DNA from: Prorocentrum cordatum
Lineage: Eukaryota
Length of the DNA: 64,000 nucleotides
Reading direction: 5' to 3'
NCBI GenBank assembly: GCA_963575745.1
Contig: CAUYUJ010000212.1
Coordinates: 1-64,000 of the forward strand
Below, piece after piece: positions 13,301 through 26,800 of the stretch. The notes below the pieces were generated by a model, which searched no databases, was not told the origin of the DNA, and saw only the letters and a list, made by a program, of their open reading frames with translations. Positions within the stretch are counted from its first letter, which is position 1. Every line of letters starts with the position of its first letter. Made by a program: the position numbers and the translations under genes.

Positions 13301-14299
13301 AGATGGAATCGTCGAAGGGGATTTCCCGGGTAGGAGCGGTGGCTCGGTGCTTCCGCTTTTCGGCCACGGGGCGGCGGAGACAGGAAGCGCTGTCAAGCGG
13401 GGGCCGAAGGCGCCTGGAGCCAAAAGGGAGACAGGGAAGAGGTTGCAGGAGCGGGCAGTGGAGAGAAGGAGCGAAGGAGGCAGGGAGGGACACAAAGGGC
13501 AAGAGAGGTCACGAAAGACATAGGGAGGGAAGGTCAGAGGCGTCGTCGATGGAGATATGAGGGGAGCTGGTGCTGCGGCGCAGGGAAGCAGTAACAACGA
13601 GCTCGCTAGAATGAATGACTGTTGTTCGTTGGCTGTTGCCGTGGACGATCAACATCGGCTCAGAACCGGTCCCCGATGCCAGATCGCGTTTGGACGGGTG
13701 ATCCGAAAACGGTCCCGACAGGCAGAAACGTCGAGAACTGTATCGTCGGGTTTGGGTGGTGGATTGTCCTCCTTCTCGTCCAGCCTCTTCCTGCTTCCCT
13801 CCTCCTCCTCCCTCCTTCGACCTCCTTGCTCCTTCGCCTCTCCTCGTGCGCCTCTCCCCCGGGAGAGCGGGCTTCACCTGCGGCTCTGAGTGGAGGATTC
13901 GCAGTGGGGCACCTTCGGCTGTCTCGTGGCCCTCATGGGGCCCCTGGGGTCCGTCTTCCTAGGAGGATCCGCAGAACGCTACGTCACCACATGTGTGCTG
14001 AGTGTCCCCTCACATGGACCGCGCCCCACAGGGAGCTCCATCGACGGTGAAGAGCCGACGTATGCATGCCGCTTCACCACTCCACCGACGGTGAAGAGCC
14101 GACGCGTGCATGCCGCCGCACCGTCCGTGGCGGCACACCCGTGATCTGGATTATGAATTGGGGGGGCCCTTCGGGGTCTCGCGGCGTGCGGGGTGAGAGC
14201 TCTGGAGGTGTTAGGGCTCCCAGGCCTCACAGGGCTCATGGGGCACCATGAGGCACCATGGTGGTCGTAGGGCTTGTGGGGCCGACAGGCCTCATATGG

Positions 14300-14830
14300 C
14301 TGATAGGGGTATGGCTTCTCGGGGCTCTCGGGGGGCTCCTTTTGAAGCTCTTTTGGGCTGTCTGGCGGCCCTCCAGGGCAGGGCCGTCCCGGGACCCTTT
14401 TGGGCCGTCCTGGGGGGGGCTTGGGCCGTCTTGGGCCCCTCTTGGTTCTTCTTGGGGGCCCCGTGCGGCCTTCTTGGGGCTTTCTGGAAGCCTTTTGATG
14501 GTTTTTGGGGTCGTCTTGGGGCTCTCTTGGGTCGTTTTGGAACCCTTTTGGGCTGTCTTGGGGCTCCCTTGGGGGCTTTTTGGGCCGTCCTGGGGCGATC
14601 TTGGGAGCCTATTGGCCCGTCTTGGACGCGGTGAAGGCCAAAGAAGCGGATATGCTAAAAATGTACGTTTTCCGACGGGAATGGGACGATTGTAACCTCT
14701 TGGGGGTCTTCTTGGGGGCCTCTTGGGCCGTCTTGAGAGCATCTTGGGCCGTCCTGAAGCCACCTTGAAGCCTCTTTGAGCGCTCATGAGCCGTTCTGGA
14801 GCGGTATTGGGCCGCCTTGGGGCTTTGCGG
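14300..14830. repeat. TCTTGGGGC/TTGGGCCGTC-rich dispersed repeat family
   Basis: The same short motifs recur at 53620-54245, 56230-56280 and 57170-57315, and inverted at 6330-6530. Confidence 0.75.
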
Positions 14831-15084
14831 GACCGTCCAGGGATGGCCGGGGGAGGCTCCCGAAACCGAAATTCGAATTTGACGTCGGTGGGAGCGCCCA
14901 GGGCCGAATTTATGTACGGGGGGGGGTCAGGGGGGGGTTTTCGCTTTCAGAATATTCGAAGAGGAATACATTAGATGTGTGCACCCCGCAGTCGCGGATA
15001 AGAGTGAGGGGGCGGCGGGGACGTCGGCAGTCTGCGACGCGCTGAACAAGCCCGCCGCAGGCGCCGATTTTTCGTTAAAGCAAT

Positions 15085-15335
15085 GTGGGTGGGTCGCGAG
15101 GTGGGTCGCGGGTGAATCGTGGGGGGGTCGCGTATGGGTCGCGGGCGGGTCACGGGTGGGTCACGGGGGGGTCGCGGGTGGGTCGTGGGGGGTCGCGGGT
15201 GGGTCGCGGGCGGGTCGCAGGGTGGGTCGCGGATGGGTCGCGGGTGGGTCGTGGGGTGGGTCGCCGGTGGGTCGCGGGTGGGTCGTGGGCGGGTCGCGGG
15301 GTGGGTCGCGGGTGGGTCGCGGGCCGGGTCGCGGG
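15085..15335. repeat. About 11-bp minisatellite (GGGTCGCGGGT)n
   Basis: Direct reading. Confidence 0.9.
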
Positions 15336-15399
15336 GGGGACTACGCCAAACAACAAACAAACAATCAAACAGACAAACGAAAACGAAAACTACGACGAG

Positions 15400-15430
15400 A
15401 ACAACCACAACAACAACAACAACAACAACC

Positions 15431-15467
<37 letters not shown>

Positions 15468-15487
15468 CCGTAGCAGCAGCAACAACC

Positions 15488-15520
<33 letters not shown>

Positions 15521-15845
15521 GTAGCAGCAGCAACAACCACAACAACAACAACCGAAGCAATAACGACAGCAATAACAGGATATCAATAATACTAAGAAGA
15601 ACCAGACGAACAAAAAAAAAAAAAAAAAAAAACGACATCAACATCAACAACATCAATAAGAGCAACAACAACAACAACAACAACCACAACAACAACAAGA
15701 ATCCGCATCGAAATCCAATTTCGGCAACGCACCCAGGGACTGTGAATGAACGTTCGCCCGCCCCCCACTCTGATATATATATATATAGATACATACATAC
15801 ATACATACATACATACATACATACATACATACATACATACATACA
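15400..15845. repeat. (AAC)n, poly-A and (TACA)n microsatellites
   Basis: Direct reading. Confidence 0.95.
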
Positions 15846-16429
15846 GATGTATAACATACGTCCATATATATAAATGTGTATGTGTGTATGTACGCGCACG
15901 CAAATGTGAAGACGTGATGACGGCGGTGATGACAGCGACGAGATATGATGAGGTGTCAAGCAAACAAGCACTCAAGCACGCAAGCGAGCAGCAACATACC
16001 TCGACTGAACGCAGCGTAACCCTGGTACCAGAAGCTTCGCCAAAGACAAGACAAAGTGAGGGCAAGCTAGAGATCAGACTGCAGACGGGCTGAAGCCTAT
16101 AGAAAGCTGCAACCCCGCTGAGGATTGTAAGGGAGCAAGCTGTCAAGGGTTACGGCGGCGTGCTGATGTTCAATGCACTGTGGTGCGTACGGCGCAACAC
16201 CTTGATCGCATTGGCTTGGGTTGCCTTAATGTGCTGTTGATTCCGCTGGAAGATTGAACAGCAGCCACCCTGTTCTCGCGCATAGAGCTAGCCACTGCCT
16301 GCTCCTCCTCCACCTGCCCCTCCTTCTGGGCATCACTACCACGAGCATCACCGTCAACGTTATCGTTGGCACGGTCATCGTAAACTTCGTCATCATCAAC
16401 ATCATACTCACTATCACAGGCCATCAGCA

Positions 16430-16510
16430 GTATCATCACCACAAGACCATCATAATTCATCATCATAACTATCACTATCATCATCAGCATCATCATCACC
16501 ACCACCATCA

Positions 16511-16555
<45 letters not shown>

Positions 16556-16650
16556 TCGTCATCAACATCATCGTCATAATCATCGTTATCGTCGTCGCCA
16601 TCGTCGTCATCATCATCATCGACGCCGTCGTCGTCATCGTCATCGTCATC
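16430..16650. repeat. (CAT/CGT)n microsatellite
   Basis: Direct reading. Confidence 0.9.
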
Positions 16651-17820
16651 GAGGCCGCCGCGCGCCCGGTGGCTGCCCGACGACCGCCCGCGCGGCGGCG
16701 GCTCCGAGGAGCGCGCCTCCGCCGCCGAAGCCGCCGCCGGGGGGCTGCATGACGTCGATCCCGAGCGGCATGCCGTCGCGCCTTGGGCGCGCGGCCCCGG
16801 GTAGGGAGCCCACAAAGGACGTACGCGCCCAGCTATGTACATGAACACAGTCCCTTGAAACGCGAGACCGGCCGCGTGATACGAACATTCGCGCAATGCG
16901 AACTCTCGAAACCAGTGTGGATTCGTGTACGTGAACGTCCTTCCTTCGCTCCTGACCTGGTGGGGGCGAGAAGGTCGAGGGTCGAAGGTCTATGTGAGGT
17001 TTGGCTTCTGTTCCGTCCTCCAAAGACCTCCAAAGCCTCCGTGGCGGCGGGAGCGTCTGCAGGAAATCTTCTTGTGATGACGCACCGTGCCGGCACAGAG
17101 AGGTGGGAAAACAAAAATGATATGTAGGGGGAAATCTTCTTGTGGCGACGCCCCGTCCTCTGGAGGCCTGCGAAGACCTCCGGAGACCTCTTTAGGGCCA
17201 CGGAGAACTCCTCCCTCCTCGACTCCGTCCCTCTTCCTTATTAACAAACCCTCCCTGTCGCAGACGTGTTGGTAGTCCGGGCCGTGCGTTGCGTCTAAGA
17301 CTTCCTTGCCGCTCATGACTTCGGAGCTTGCAGTTTGCAACTGCTTCAGAGATGGAGCACATGTCGTTTTCAAAATGTAGCTCTCGCCTGAGCGCCGCGC
17401 ACAGTCGTTTTTTCAAGTTGCCACGGCTTCAATGATGGAGGCCTGTTCCTTTTCAAAACGTGGCTCTCGCTCCAGCGCCGCGCACATTCGTCTCAAAAAT
17501 CTATAACTGAAATCACGCGAATAATGTGCCGTCACGACCGACGACTGTCAGGACGCAACAGTCACGATGATCCGCGGTGCTGACGTCCCATACACGGTGT
17601 TCTGGTACGACCTAAAAGTCAGGTCGCAACAGTCACGCTGATTCGCGTCGTTGCAGGATTGACGAGTACAATACAGCTGTCTTTGGATGGGGCATGTCCT
17701 GCAATGAAAACAAACTCGTGTAAGACTTCTGAAATGGAATCTTGGAGGGTTGACTGCAACATCGTGGATGCGTCTTGGGTTTAAACTGGCTCTCCTCATC
17801 TTCCCCCTCCTCCTCCTCCT

Positions 17821-17853
<33 letters not shown>

Positions 17854-18771
17854 ACTCCTCCTCCTCCTCCTCCTCCTCCTCCTCCTCCCTCATCGACTCC
17901 TCCTTGCGCCCGTGCGCGCGATCTACCTTACAAGCCAATCAAATCGTGTGCAAACTGAAACCAGGTTTCGGGGGACGCCGATTTCTTAACTCACACACAC
18001 ATACACACATACGCACGTCCTGACCAGACCAAACCTGGGCACAAAACTGGCGTATGCGCCCTCTGTCATCTGAGAAGAACACTGTACAACCCCGACCCAA
18101 CACAAAGTGGGCCACCCTCCTCACAACATTTCCATTGCGTCGGAGTGCTGAGTCAGGGGTTCGTGCCTACGGAATCCTATTTGCTTTTGCGAAAGTGCCA
18201 GCAAATCGCCCACATAACCGGATGGGCCTTCGGGTCGAATGTAATGTCGTGTGCTGCCCTTTCCGGGAGCGCTTCCAACACTGAACGAGGGACTTTGGAA
18301 GTAACGCGAGGAGGGGCACGGAAGAGGAAGAGATTATGCTGACAATGGGCGGCCTCTGAATCTCCGCAGATTGCGCCTCGAATACCGCACAAGCTTAGCC
18401 GCCTGATTCCGCCGCATCTCAGCGAGGCCATCCTACGGGTGCACATTCGCCCAACGTGTGGACAAGGTATCGGCGCGGGCGTGGCCCACAGAGTAGCACA
18501 GGGCATGGCCCAAAAGATCTGAAAATCTCTTGGGACCCATGCGCACCTCCGCAATTCTACACCCCATGGAAACGTGATGTTCCGCGTCAAACAGATGTTC
18601 TCAAAAAAATGTTGGCCATCGGGCCTGAGCTGAGGTTCCGTTTCCAAAGACGATCGGGTGCTGAAAATGGAGCACCCTTCAAACAAAAAGGACATGCTTC
18701 TAGAGTGCAACGGCACTTGACATCCGTTTCCAACATTTAGACATATACACACATATATACACACAGCCCGC

Positions 18772-18773
<2 letters not shown>

Positions 18774-18839
<66 letters not shown>

Positions 18840-18910
18840 GAGAAACAAACAGACAAACTGACAAAATAAGAAGCAAGCAAGCAAGCAAGCAAGCAGACAA
18901 ACAAACAAAC
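18774..18910. repeat. (AC)n and (AAGC/AAAC)n microsatellites
   Basis: Direct reading. Confidence 0.95.
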
Positions 18911-21900
18911 AATCAAAGAGACACCAACTGGCGAACTAACACGAACTAGCGAACTAACAAAACCTAACGAGGCGAATCCCGCCGTAGCGACGACGACGCC
19001 CTGGGAGGGGCCGCAAAAAACGAAACGACCAAATGCCTTCCCCCTCCAAGACCTCATCTTCCTCCGCTCCCAAACTCCTCCTCCTCCTCCTCCTCCTCTT
19101 CATCCTCCGCTCCTCCTCATCTTCCTCCTCCTCATCCTCATCTTCCTCATCCTCCTTTTCCTCCTCCTCCTCCTCCTCCTCCTCCTCCTCCTCCTCCTCT
19201 TCCTAGTCCCTGGAATGGCGTTCTGGCGCGATTCGGGAACGCCAGGAAGGAACATTCAAGTTGATTCCCCACTCTGAAATTGCAAGACTGGTGTCTTGGC
19301 GCGAGTAACGACTCTCGGACGGTTAATTTTCAACGGGGCACCCCCCGCACTGAAAACAAATTGTGGTAGGGACCTATCAAATGGGAATTCTGAACGAAAT
19401 GTATTGCAACATCGTTGGCAAAACCGTCCGAGGCGACAGCAAACCGAAAACCGGCCGAGCCGACAACGAAATCGGAACTGACCGAAATCGAAAGGCCGAA
19501 GACAACATCAATGGCGCAACGACGAGGCTACGCCACGATGACCGACCGAACCGAACCGACCGAACGCAACCGACTGCGATGCAACCGAACTGACCGAACC
19601 GTGAACTCCCTTGGTTGGTGCGTCTTGGGTTTGCACTGGTCTTCTTTCCCCGCTTCCTGCTCCTGACCCTCCTCTTGCCCATCCTCTCTCCTTCCCTCCC
19701 TCCGTTTCCCCCTCCCTCCTCCCGCTCCTCTGAAAACTCCTCCTCCCTCCTCCTGCCCCTCGAACCAGCGGCCGCTGGCCTCCGCATGTAGTGCTCAACC
19801 CCGGGCTGGCCGCACCCCTCTGCCTCGCGGAAGGCCTCAGCCGCCCCGCGCCCTGGCACGCGGGGGGGGGGGGGGCGGGAGGATGCGGGGGGAGAGGCGG
19901 GGAGTAGAATTGCGGGGGCTGGTGGCTGGTAAGACAGCATGGCGGCGGTAAAACTGACGTGTTCCCCATAATATCAGGCGCATGCGTTCCAGAGCTGCGA
20001 GCCCAGATAGCAGCCAAGCATCCTATTCGAACCGGAATTGCGCGGGCGATCGAACAATTCTGGCGGAGCATAGGAACCGAGAAAGAGGGAATGCCAGAAC
20101 TGTCCAACCCTCGCGCATCTGCCGATTTCGCACAAGATACATGGCCGCTACCTGGGGGGGCGCGCGCGAGGCCAGCGGAGCGCGTGCTCACTGACTGCGC
20201 TCCGAGGGCACGCTCGTGCTCTTAAGAACGGCATCGAGCAGCTCACCTGAGCGGCGCGAGGCGGCTAACCAGGCGCTGCGATTGCGCGCGCGCGCGAGAG
20301 GGGCGCGAGCCCCGGACCGAGGGGCCGAAAGTCAAATTGAAGCTCGAACACGCGACCTGCGAGGATGAGGGAACGAGAGATAAGACGAGACCTCGGCCTG
20401 GTAGAATGGATCTGGGAAAGAAGGTTGACATTTTCCTCGGGGGGCGCGGAACATGGCATCCTGCGCCACGCCTCGCCGCGCAGTCGACGTCCACCCAATC
20501 CACGTCTCCCACCGAGAGAGCGGTGCGAGGCCTGTCCGAGCCCGCCGCGGCGTCGTCAGCTTCGGACTCCTCAGCGCCCTCAGCGGGCGCGACCTTCTCC
20601 TCGTCATCGTCGTCGGCGGCCGTGTCCTTCCTCGACTGGTGCCCCGCCGCCCGCCACTGGCCCCGCGCCGTCTGGCCGCCGAGACAACAGCAGCGCGTTT
20701 TCTTGGGAGCCCTTGCGAGCTCGGCCGCGGGAGCTCGTCTTCCTGTCCTCGCCGTGCCTGCTGCTCTTGCTGCCGCGCTTGGACTGGCGGCGCTGCGCAG
20801 GGCCACGGCTGCCGATAGGTGCCCGGGATCCCGCGTCAGGCCTGAACGGGCGCACGTCGGCGACTTGGCACCCAGGAGCTGGCGCAGCATGCACTGGGGC
20901 GGCCCAAGGGGCAGTGGAGGCTTGCCCTCCGGCTCTGGCTGGGACGGCCTGCTCTTCGCTTCAGGCGACCGAGAGCGAAGCCGAGGCCGGCATTCCTGGG
21001 CCCGGGCGCCCCTGGCCCGCATGGGCCCTCGAAGATGCTGGGCCAGGGCGGCCCGGCCTCAAGCCTCCAGCGCGGGCGGCACGCAAGGCGCAGTAACGGG
21101 TTAGTGGGAGGACCCAGCGCGCCGCCAAGCGCTGGGCGATGACCATGACGGACGGCGCGCGGTCTCCCCCTCGACCGCGAGGGGCCCGTCGGGGTCGACG
21201 TTGCACTGCCCGCTCGCGACGCACACCTCGCGGCCGAACGCCACGCGCTGCTCCAGGTCCATGCAGCCGTCGATGTAGAGCACGAGCTTTGCGACGTGCT
21301 CGGGGAGAGGCTTGCTCCCGCGCCACTCGCAGCGGAGGTGCTTGGCGACCTTGACAGCATCGCGCAGCTCGTCAGGAGAGAGGGGTCGCGCCGCGACTTC
21401 CTGAGCACGATACCACGCAGCCTTCTTGTCCACCGCCCGAGTACGCGATGGCCTCCTCGAACGCTTCCAGCGGAAGCACAGGCGCCCTCGACTTGCTCCT
21501 CGCGGCCATCCGCGGGCGCACCCAGCCGCGGAGGCGGCGACGGCTGGGGCGATGCCGAGGGCCGAGGGGCAGCGCTGCCACGGCCTCGCATCGCTGGGGG
21601 GCTGCGCTGGCGGCGGCGCGCGCCGGGAGGCGAAGGGGCCACGTGGTCTTCGCGGCTGCGGCGGCGCGGCACCTCGGCGTGGCCCCCCAGGCTGCTGCAG
21701 CGGCGACCTCCTTCGCGGCGATGGTGAAGGCAACGTGGTGGAGGTGGCGCACGATGGGATGGGCACGCCGCTTCGACTCTGCTGCAGGTGGCGGCGGCGC
21801 CGTGGGCGGCATCCTCGGCGGCGAGGAACCATCCTTCCTGGCTGGAGAGGAACGCCCTTGACGGGCGCTCTGCTCTGGCGCCGTGGAGGCGAGCTGGCGC

Positions 21901-23020
21901 TCGCCTCTGGAGATGATGGCGTGGCTGGCCGCTTCGTCGCGGCGACCTGCTCCTCTGGCATGGCCACGCGCGTCGCCTCTTCGGGCGCGAGCGCATGCCC
22001 CGCGAAGGGCCGGCTGGCGCAGGCGAGCGCGCAGGCGCCCAGCGCCGCGCTCGCGGCCCGCGCGCAGGGCCGCTGGCGCAGGCCAGCGCGCAGGCAACCG
22101 ACGCCGCGCGCGGCTCGCACATTGAAAATGCAAACGGACGCGGATGTTGTGCACGTATGCGCACGTGCAAGTTCACACATCGCATCGCGCACTGCTGCGC
22201 ATGCCCTTCCACTTGCAACTGCCATACTACCAGTTCCATACAGTGCCTGCCGCGCCACCTGTCCCAGCCAAGGCAACGCGATACATCTACTGGGAGCGTG
22301 TGGATCCTGGCAATCATGAAATAAGACATGGGACCTCCACACGAGAGATGAGAAGGAGTAGATAGGTTTTGGCAAGGCCCGACTGGAGCACGATCACACT
22401 GGACACTGCTGGTTGTCTCCCTCGGCGGGCTTGCGCCCATGACCAGATGGCACGGTGAGCTTGGTCGCAGCGTTGAGGATGACGGCATATGGAATGTGGT
22501 CTCTGCCGGAGTGGAGTGCTGCGCGGTCGATGCAACCCTTCGTGAGTCCGCAATCATGTTGCGGATATCCTCCCAGCTCAGGGCCGATAGCTGGCCTGAA
22601 CACAGGAGGTCTCGGAGCCACAGGAAATGCGGCAAGAGTGAGTGATCTGCTCGAGGCTCGGGCCTAATGACCACCACGGCGGCGACGACGCCCGTAGAGT
22701 CAAGGCAAAGCTCGAGCTGCACAGCCGAAGCCTGCTGCCCATCTTGCTGGCACCGCTCGGCGCATGGACCGCGAGGCCCGAACGTAGTACTGAGCGCCAG
22801 GCCATGATCCATGGATGAGTTCGCGGCCGTCCATTCACTGGTGAAGGTGTTTCTTGTCACCGTGTTGGTAGATCAAGACTTCCAATCCAAAAAATGGCAG
22901 AGGATAGTGCCAGTAAAAGAAGCCGGCGCTGATGTTGAGAATGTGGTGCCCATGCACAGAATACTGCACCGCGTAGGACACGACCTGCCAAGTACCCCTT
23001 CCGTGTGTTGGGGTCTCGAC

Positions 23021-23218
23021 TGGGTCCCCGTGGCCCCCGACTCCCCTGGACCTCCAAGGAGCCCACGAAACTGGCGACAGTTGCGCAGTTCGCAGCCACC
23101 CAGGGAGCAGCCAGCTCTCGTCTGGGTCCGCGTGGCCCCCGACTCCACTGGACCTCCAAGGAGCCCACGAAACTGGCGACAATTGCGCAGTTCGCAGCCA
23201 CCCAAGGAGCAGCCAGCT
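23021..23218. repeat. 102-bp tandem repeat, target of the copia insertion; it resumes at 39102-39160
   Basis: Units start at 23021 and 23123. The second unit is cut at ...GCCAGCT and continues as CAGCTCTCGTCTGGGTCCG after the element. Confidence 0.9.
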
Positions 23219-23470
23219 AGTCGAAAGTGAGCCTGGTAGCTCAAATATGGCATATAGCCTGGCAAATTGCATCCATCGCTCTGCTGTGAAGGTACAGTAT
23301 GAGGGGTGGATGAGTAAGATCGGATAAGATCGATGTAATGATCTTTCCAGCACATAGCGAACACTCGCGGTGTCCGGGCAAATAGGGCGCGCGTGCCTTG
23401 GGCCAATGGCAACGGCGCGCGAGCTATGCTCCCGATACTGTAACATCTCCCAAAGAGCTACCCTTAAAGT
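23219..23470 (-). repeat. 3' LTR (252 bp)
   Basis: Matches 38850-39101 at 248/252 positions by manual comparison. Confidence 0.95.
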
Positions 23471-23840
23471 CGGGAGGGGAGGAGACGGAGAGCATAGTCG
23501 CACGCAAAGATCGCGCGCACGACTGTTTGCAAAGAAAAGAAAACAGTGCGTACAGTCTGGTCAAACACCAGACTGTAAGGCGAGTTTCCTCGCAAAGTAT
23601 TTCACGCAAATACAGGACAGCCCCTTCAAACAATGAAGGGCTATCGGCTCAGTTAGAGGTAAGCCAAAATTAGGCCATACCTCACCAAGCAAATGTGCAT
23701 TAAGGCAAAGAGCCTGAGTTGTAAGAAGCCGGCTCGTTGCCAGGCGTGAAATATAAGGCTCGTTTCCGAGCAGCTAAAGGGGCGCCTTTATAGTAGGCGC
23801 CCGTGCTGGCAAACTGGACCGCGAGGGCAACAAGGACAGA

Positions 23841-26800
23841 CTAAAATTGATTAGACTTAGGTTTGTCTCTGTCCTCGGGACCCCGAAAGGGAACAAATTG
23901 TTTCACGTCATACTTAAATGACTGAGTGCCTGACATCACTTCCAGAAGCAGCTCCCGATCGATGCTTCCCTTGTATGCCCATCTGCGGTCATATCCCTAG
24001 TATCACACCATTGCACGTTATGTACTATACCTATATCCATGAGCTCACGTATCCAGCTGATATGTCCAAGCAGAGTCCGTTCTGTAGGTATTTTGAGATC
24101 CCTGCTTGATAAAGATTTGCAGACGGACTCGGCGTCTATGGTAAGAGAGACTTTAATAGCAGGGCCTCCAACTTCACGCATGTCTCGTAGTTGTCGTGGA
24201 GTCAAAGCCCCTGCCTTAAGCTCGTGGAGAGTAATGAGCGTAGGGTAACACTCATCAAGGTTATGTGCGGCTGCAAGTGCCTCTGCAGCATAACTGGACC
24301 TCACCTGTAATCGGTGTGATTTGCATAGTCCGTCACAGAGGTGAACGACGGACTTGCCTTGGGGCGAGTTTCCTCGCCGTAGTACGTTGGCCCCGCGCAT
24401 GCCGTAGCCCTTGGTCTCGTCATCCTCCTCCCCGGTAAGCTTCCGATACCCCGAATCGCTATGGATGTCAACTTCATTCGTCGGCTTCATCCGAGGGAAG
24501 GTGATACGTTTCGGACTGCTGATCAGCTTTCGCGCCACAGCATTCAAACGTCTGACTTGCAGATTGGTGGGCTCTTGAACTTTCTGAAGAGAGACCACAT
24601 ATGCCATAAGCCAGATTTGGGTAAGAAGGGCATAGGCGAGGGCTCCTCGCAGGCTGACGAACATGTCGGTAATGAGTTTCGTGGCTTTGGCGTCGGCCGC
24701 CGCTCCTGTCAGTTCTAGGTGTGTGATAGGTCGTAGTTGTTTAATACACTCGTCCTGGTCCATGATCACATCTCCCTGATCATTCTTAGTGTAGCGAACG
24801 GCGCAGTTCGTATATGTGTGCTTGTTGAGCTTGCATTTGCCAAATACCTTTTCGACACGTTGTACATAGTCGTCTATATTTTTCTCTAGACCTGTCATGT
24901 TAATATCATCGACATGTTTTGCCGTCAGAAGGTCTTGGCTGAATTCAAATTCAGGATCGTAGCTGGTCGGTGTAAGTCCTATAGCTCGTGTGGTCGTACG
25001 AAGTTTGAGAGAGAACGCTCTTGGAGCGTCCTTAGTACCCGTTCCTGGTTTGAGGCATCTAAGACAGTGTCGACTTTCGTCGTAGGATGAGAAGCCGGGT
25101 AAGGTACGAAGTACCTGAGCGCTTCCTGGTGGAAGAGTAAAGCAAACCATGCGAGTTTCCTCGCCGGTGGCATGGGCAAGTTCCTCATAGGTCAAACCTT
25201 TTAGGAACGCCTTATCGATATCCATGGATGCTAAGATCCACTCTGGATGACATGCCGCTTCACTTGCCAGGAGTCGTTGGGACTGCCTTCGGGCGGTTCC
25301 CGAGAATGTTTCCACATCAAAAGCCTCAGTATCCATAAATCCACGAAGGACCAGTCTGAGACGAATGGTTTTGACGCTCTCGGTACCCATCTTTACGAAC
25401 TTCCACTTGTATACGTATCTGGAAGTCATGATGTTGGAAGCTTTGGATAAATCGTACATCTCAAAGCATCGGTTATCAATCCAGATTTTGAGCTCAGTAT
25501 ATAAGGCTTCACTAACCTCCTTTGGATGTGCTGCTATGTCGGCTTTGGTCAGTAGATCATCTTCTTTGACAACCACAGCACGTTTAGCAGCAAAGGATAC
25601 ATATACTCTCATCGTTGCGACCATATCGGTATCGAGCTGTGCAAGTTGAGTCTGATCCAGCACTATGTTTGACATTTCTGATGTAAAGCATAGTTCAACG
25701 TAAGGACCGTATTCATCACTGTCTAGAAAGTAGCTCTCGTCAGTTGTGTTTGAACAAAGCGATACTAGACAGGACTCACATGATTTCGGCTCGTCTCCGA
25801 GCATATCTGATGATGTAATATCATCTTCGTCCACAAATGCTGAAACCAAAACACATTGGTCGGGCAGCATAGTTGTTGGGACGCAATAAAGATAATCATC
25901 GGTAATCGTCGTAGGATGAAGGTCCATACGTAGCTCGTCGTACCACTCTTCCAGCATCATAGCTTCAATATTGTGTTCCTCATTTTCCTCATAGATTGTC
26001 GACAGACGGCCTTCGCTCGGCGATGAAGCATCTGGTGTGTCTGGAGAAGGCCTGTTTCCAGGCGACTCGTGTTCTCCAGACGTGTTGCTTGGATGCTGAT
26101 ATTTAGCCAAATCGTCGTGAAATCCTAAGGAAGGGACACGTGAAGTCAAGCATTGAATAAGTCTGGAGTGAGTGCTACCAGTGATCTGAGAAATGTGTAA
26201 GCCAGTGCCCACACATTCGTAATAGTGGAACGCCGGGCTGATGTCGTTGTCATAGTGGATCAGCGTAGACCCGGTGGCGTACTTTACTGCAGGTAGGCTT
26301 GACACACTCTTAGCCAATCGAACTGCTACTACATGTTCTACTCGGAAGTAATTTCGTACGAGATACTGTAGTGCTAAGTGTACGCGCGGGTGAAACTTGC
26401 TGTCGTCTGACAGATTAAGGTTTCCCTTGTAATCGGGGATATACCCGAAAACTTTGGCAGGTTTCCCTGCGCTGAGGTGTGCCACATAAGCAAGGACGGT
26501 TTGCATGGCCATATTATCCATGCCAAGTTCCCGTGTGAGGAGACATTCGATGTATAGTGTGTGACGAGCATCAGGATACATCACAATTACCTCACGAGAT
26601 CCTGCCTTGACAACAATATGTCCTCTTTCAGGCACATTTCGGATCACCGGGAATGGGCCATTCCAGCCTCCATGGTCGTCCTTGGTGGCAGTAGGTCGGT
26701 GGTAGTCGACCAAATCCCCTGATGAGTAGAGGCGAGCACCATCAGGAGTCGTCTTAGCCCTAAGAGCCCGATTTGTCTTGGCCACAGCAGTAGCCTGAGT

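Noticed and set aside
17368..17486. About 36-bp direct repeat pair (TTTCAAAA.GT.GCTCTCGC...AGCGCCGCGCACA)
   Set aside because: There are only two copies; it is probably a fragment of a dispersed repeat and no function can be supported.
20243..22860. Long overlapping ORFs (674 aa, 424 aa)
   Set aside because: They are open in many frames because of GC content and show no recognisable domain; a degraded gene is possible but unsupported.
23471..23840. env-like ORF after RNase H
   Set aside because: Only about 370 bp remain before the 3' LTR and there is no suitable ORF.
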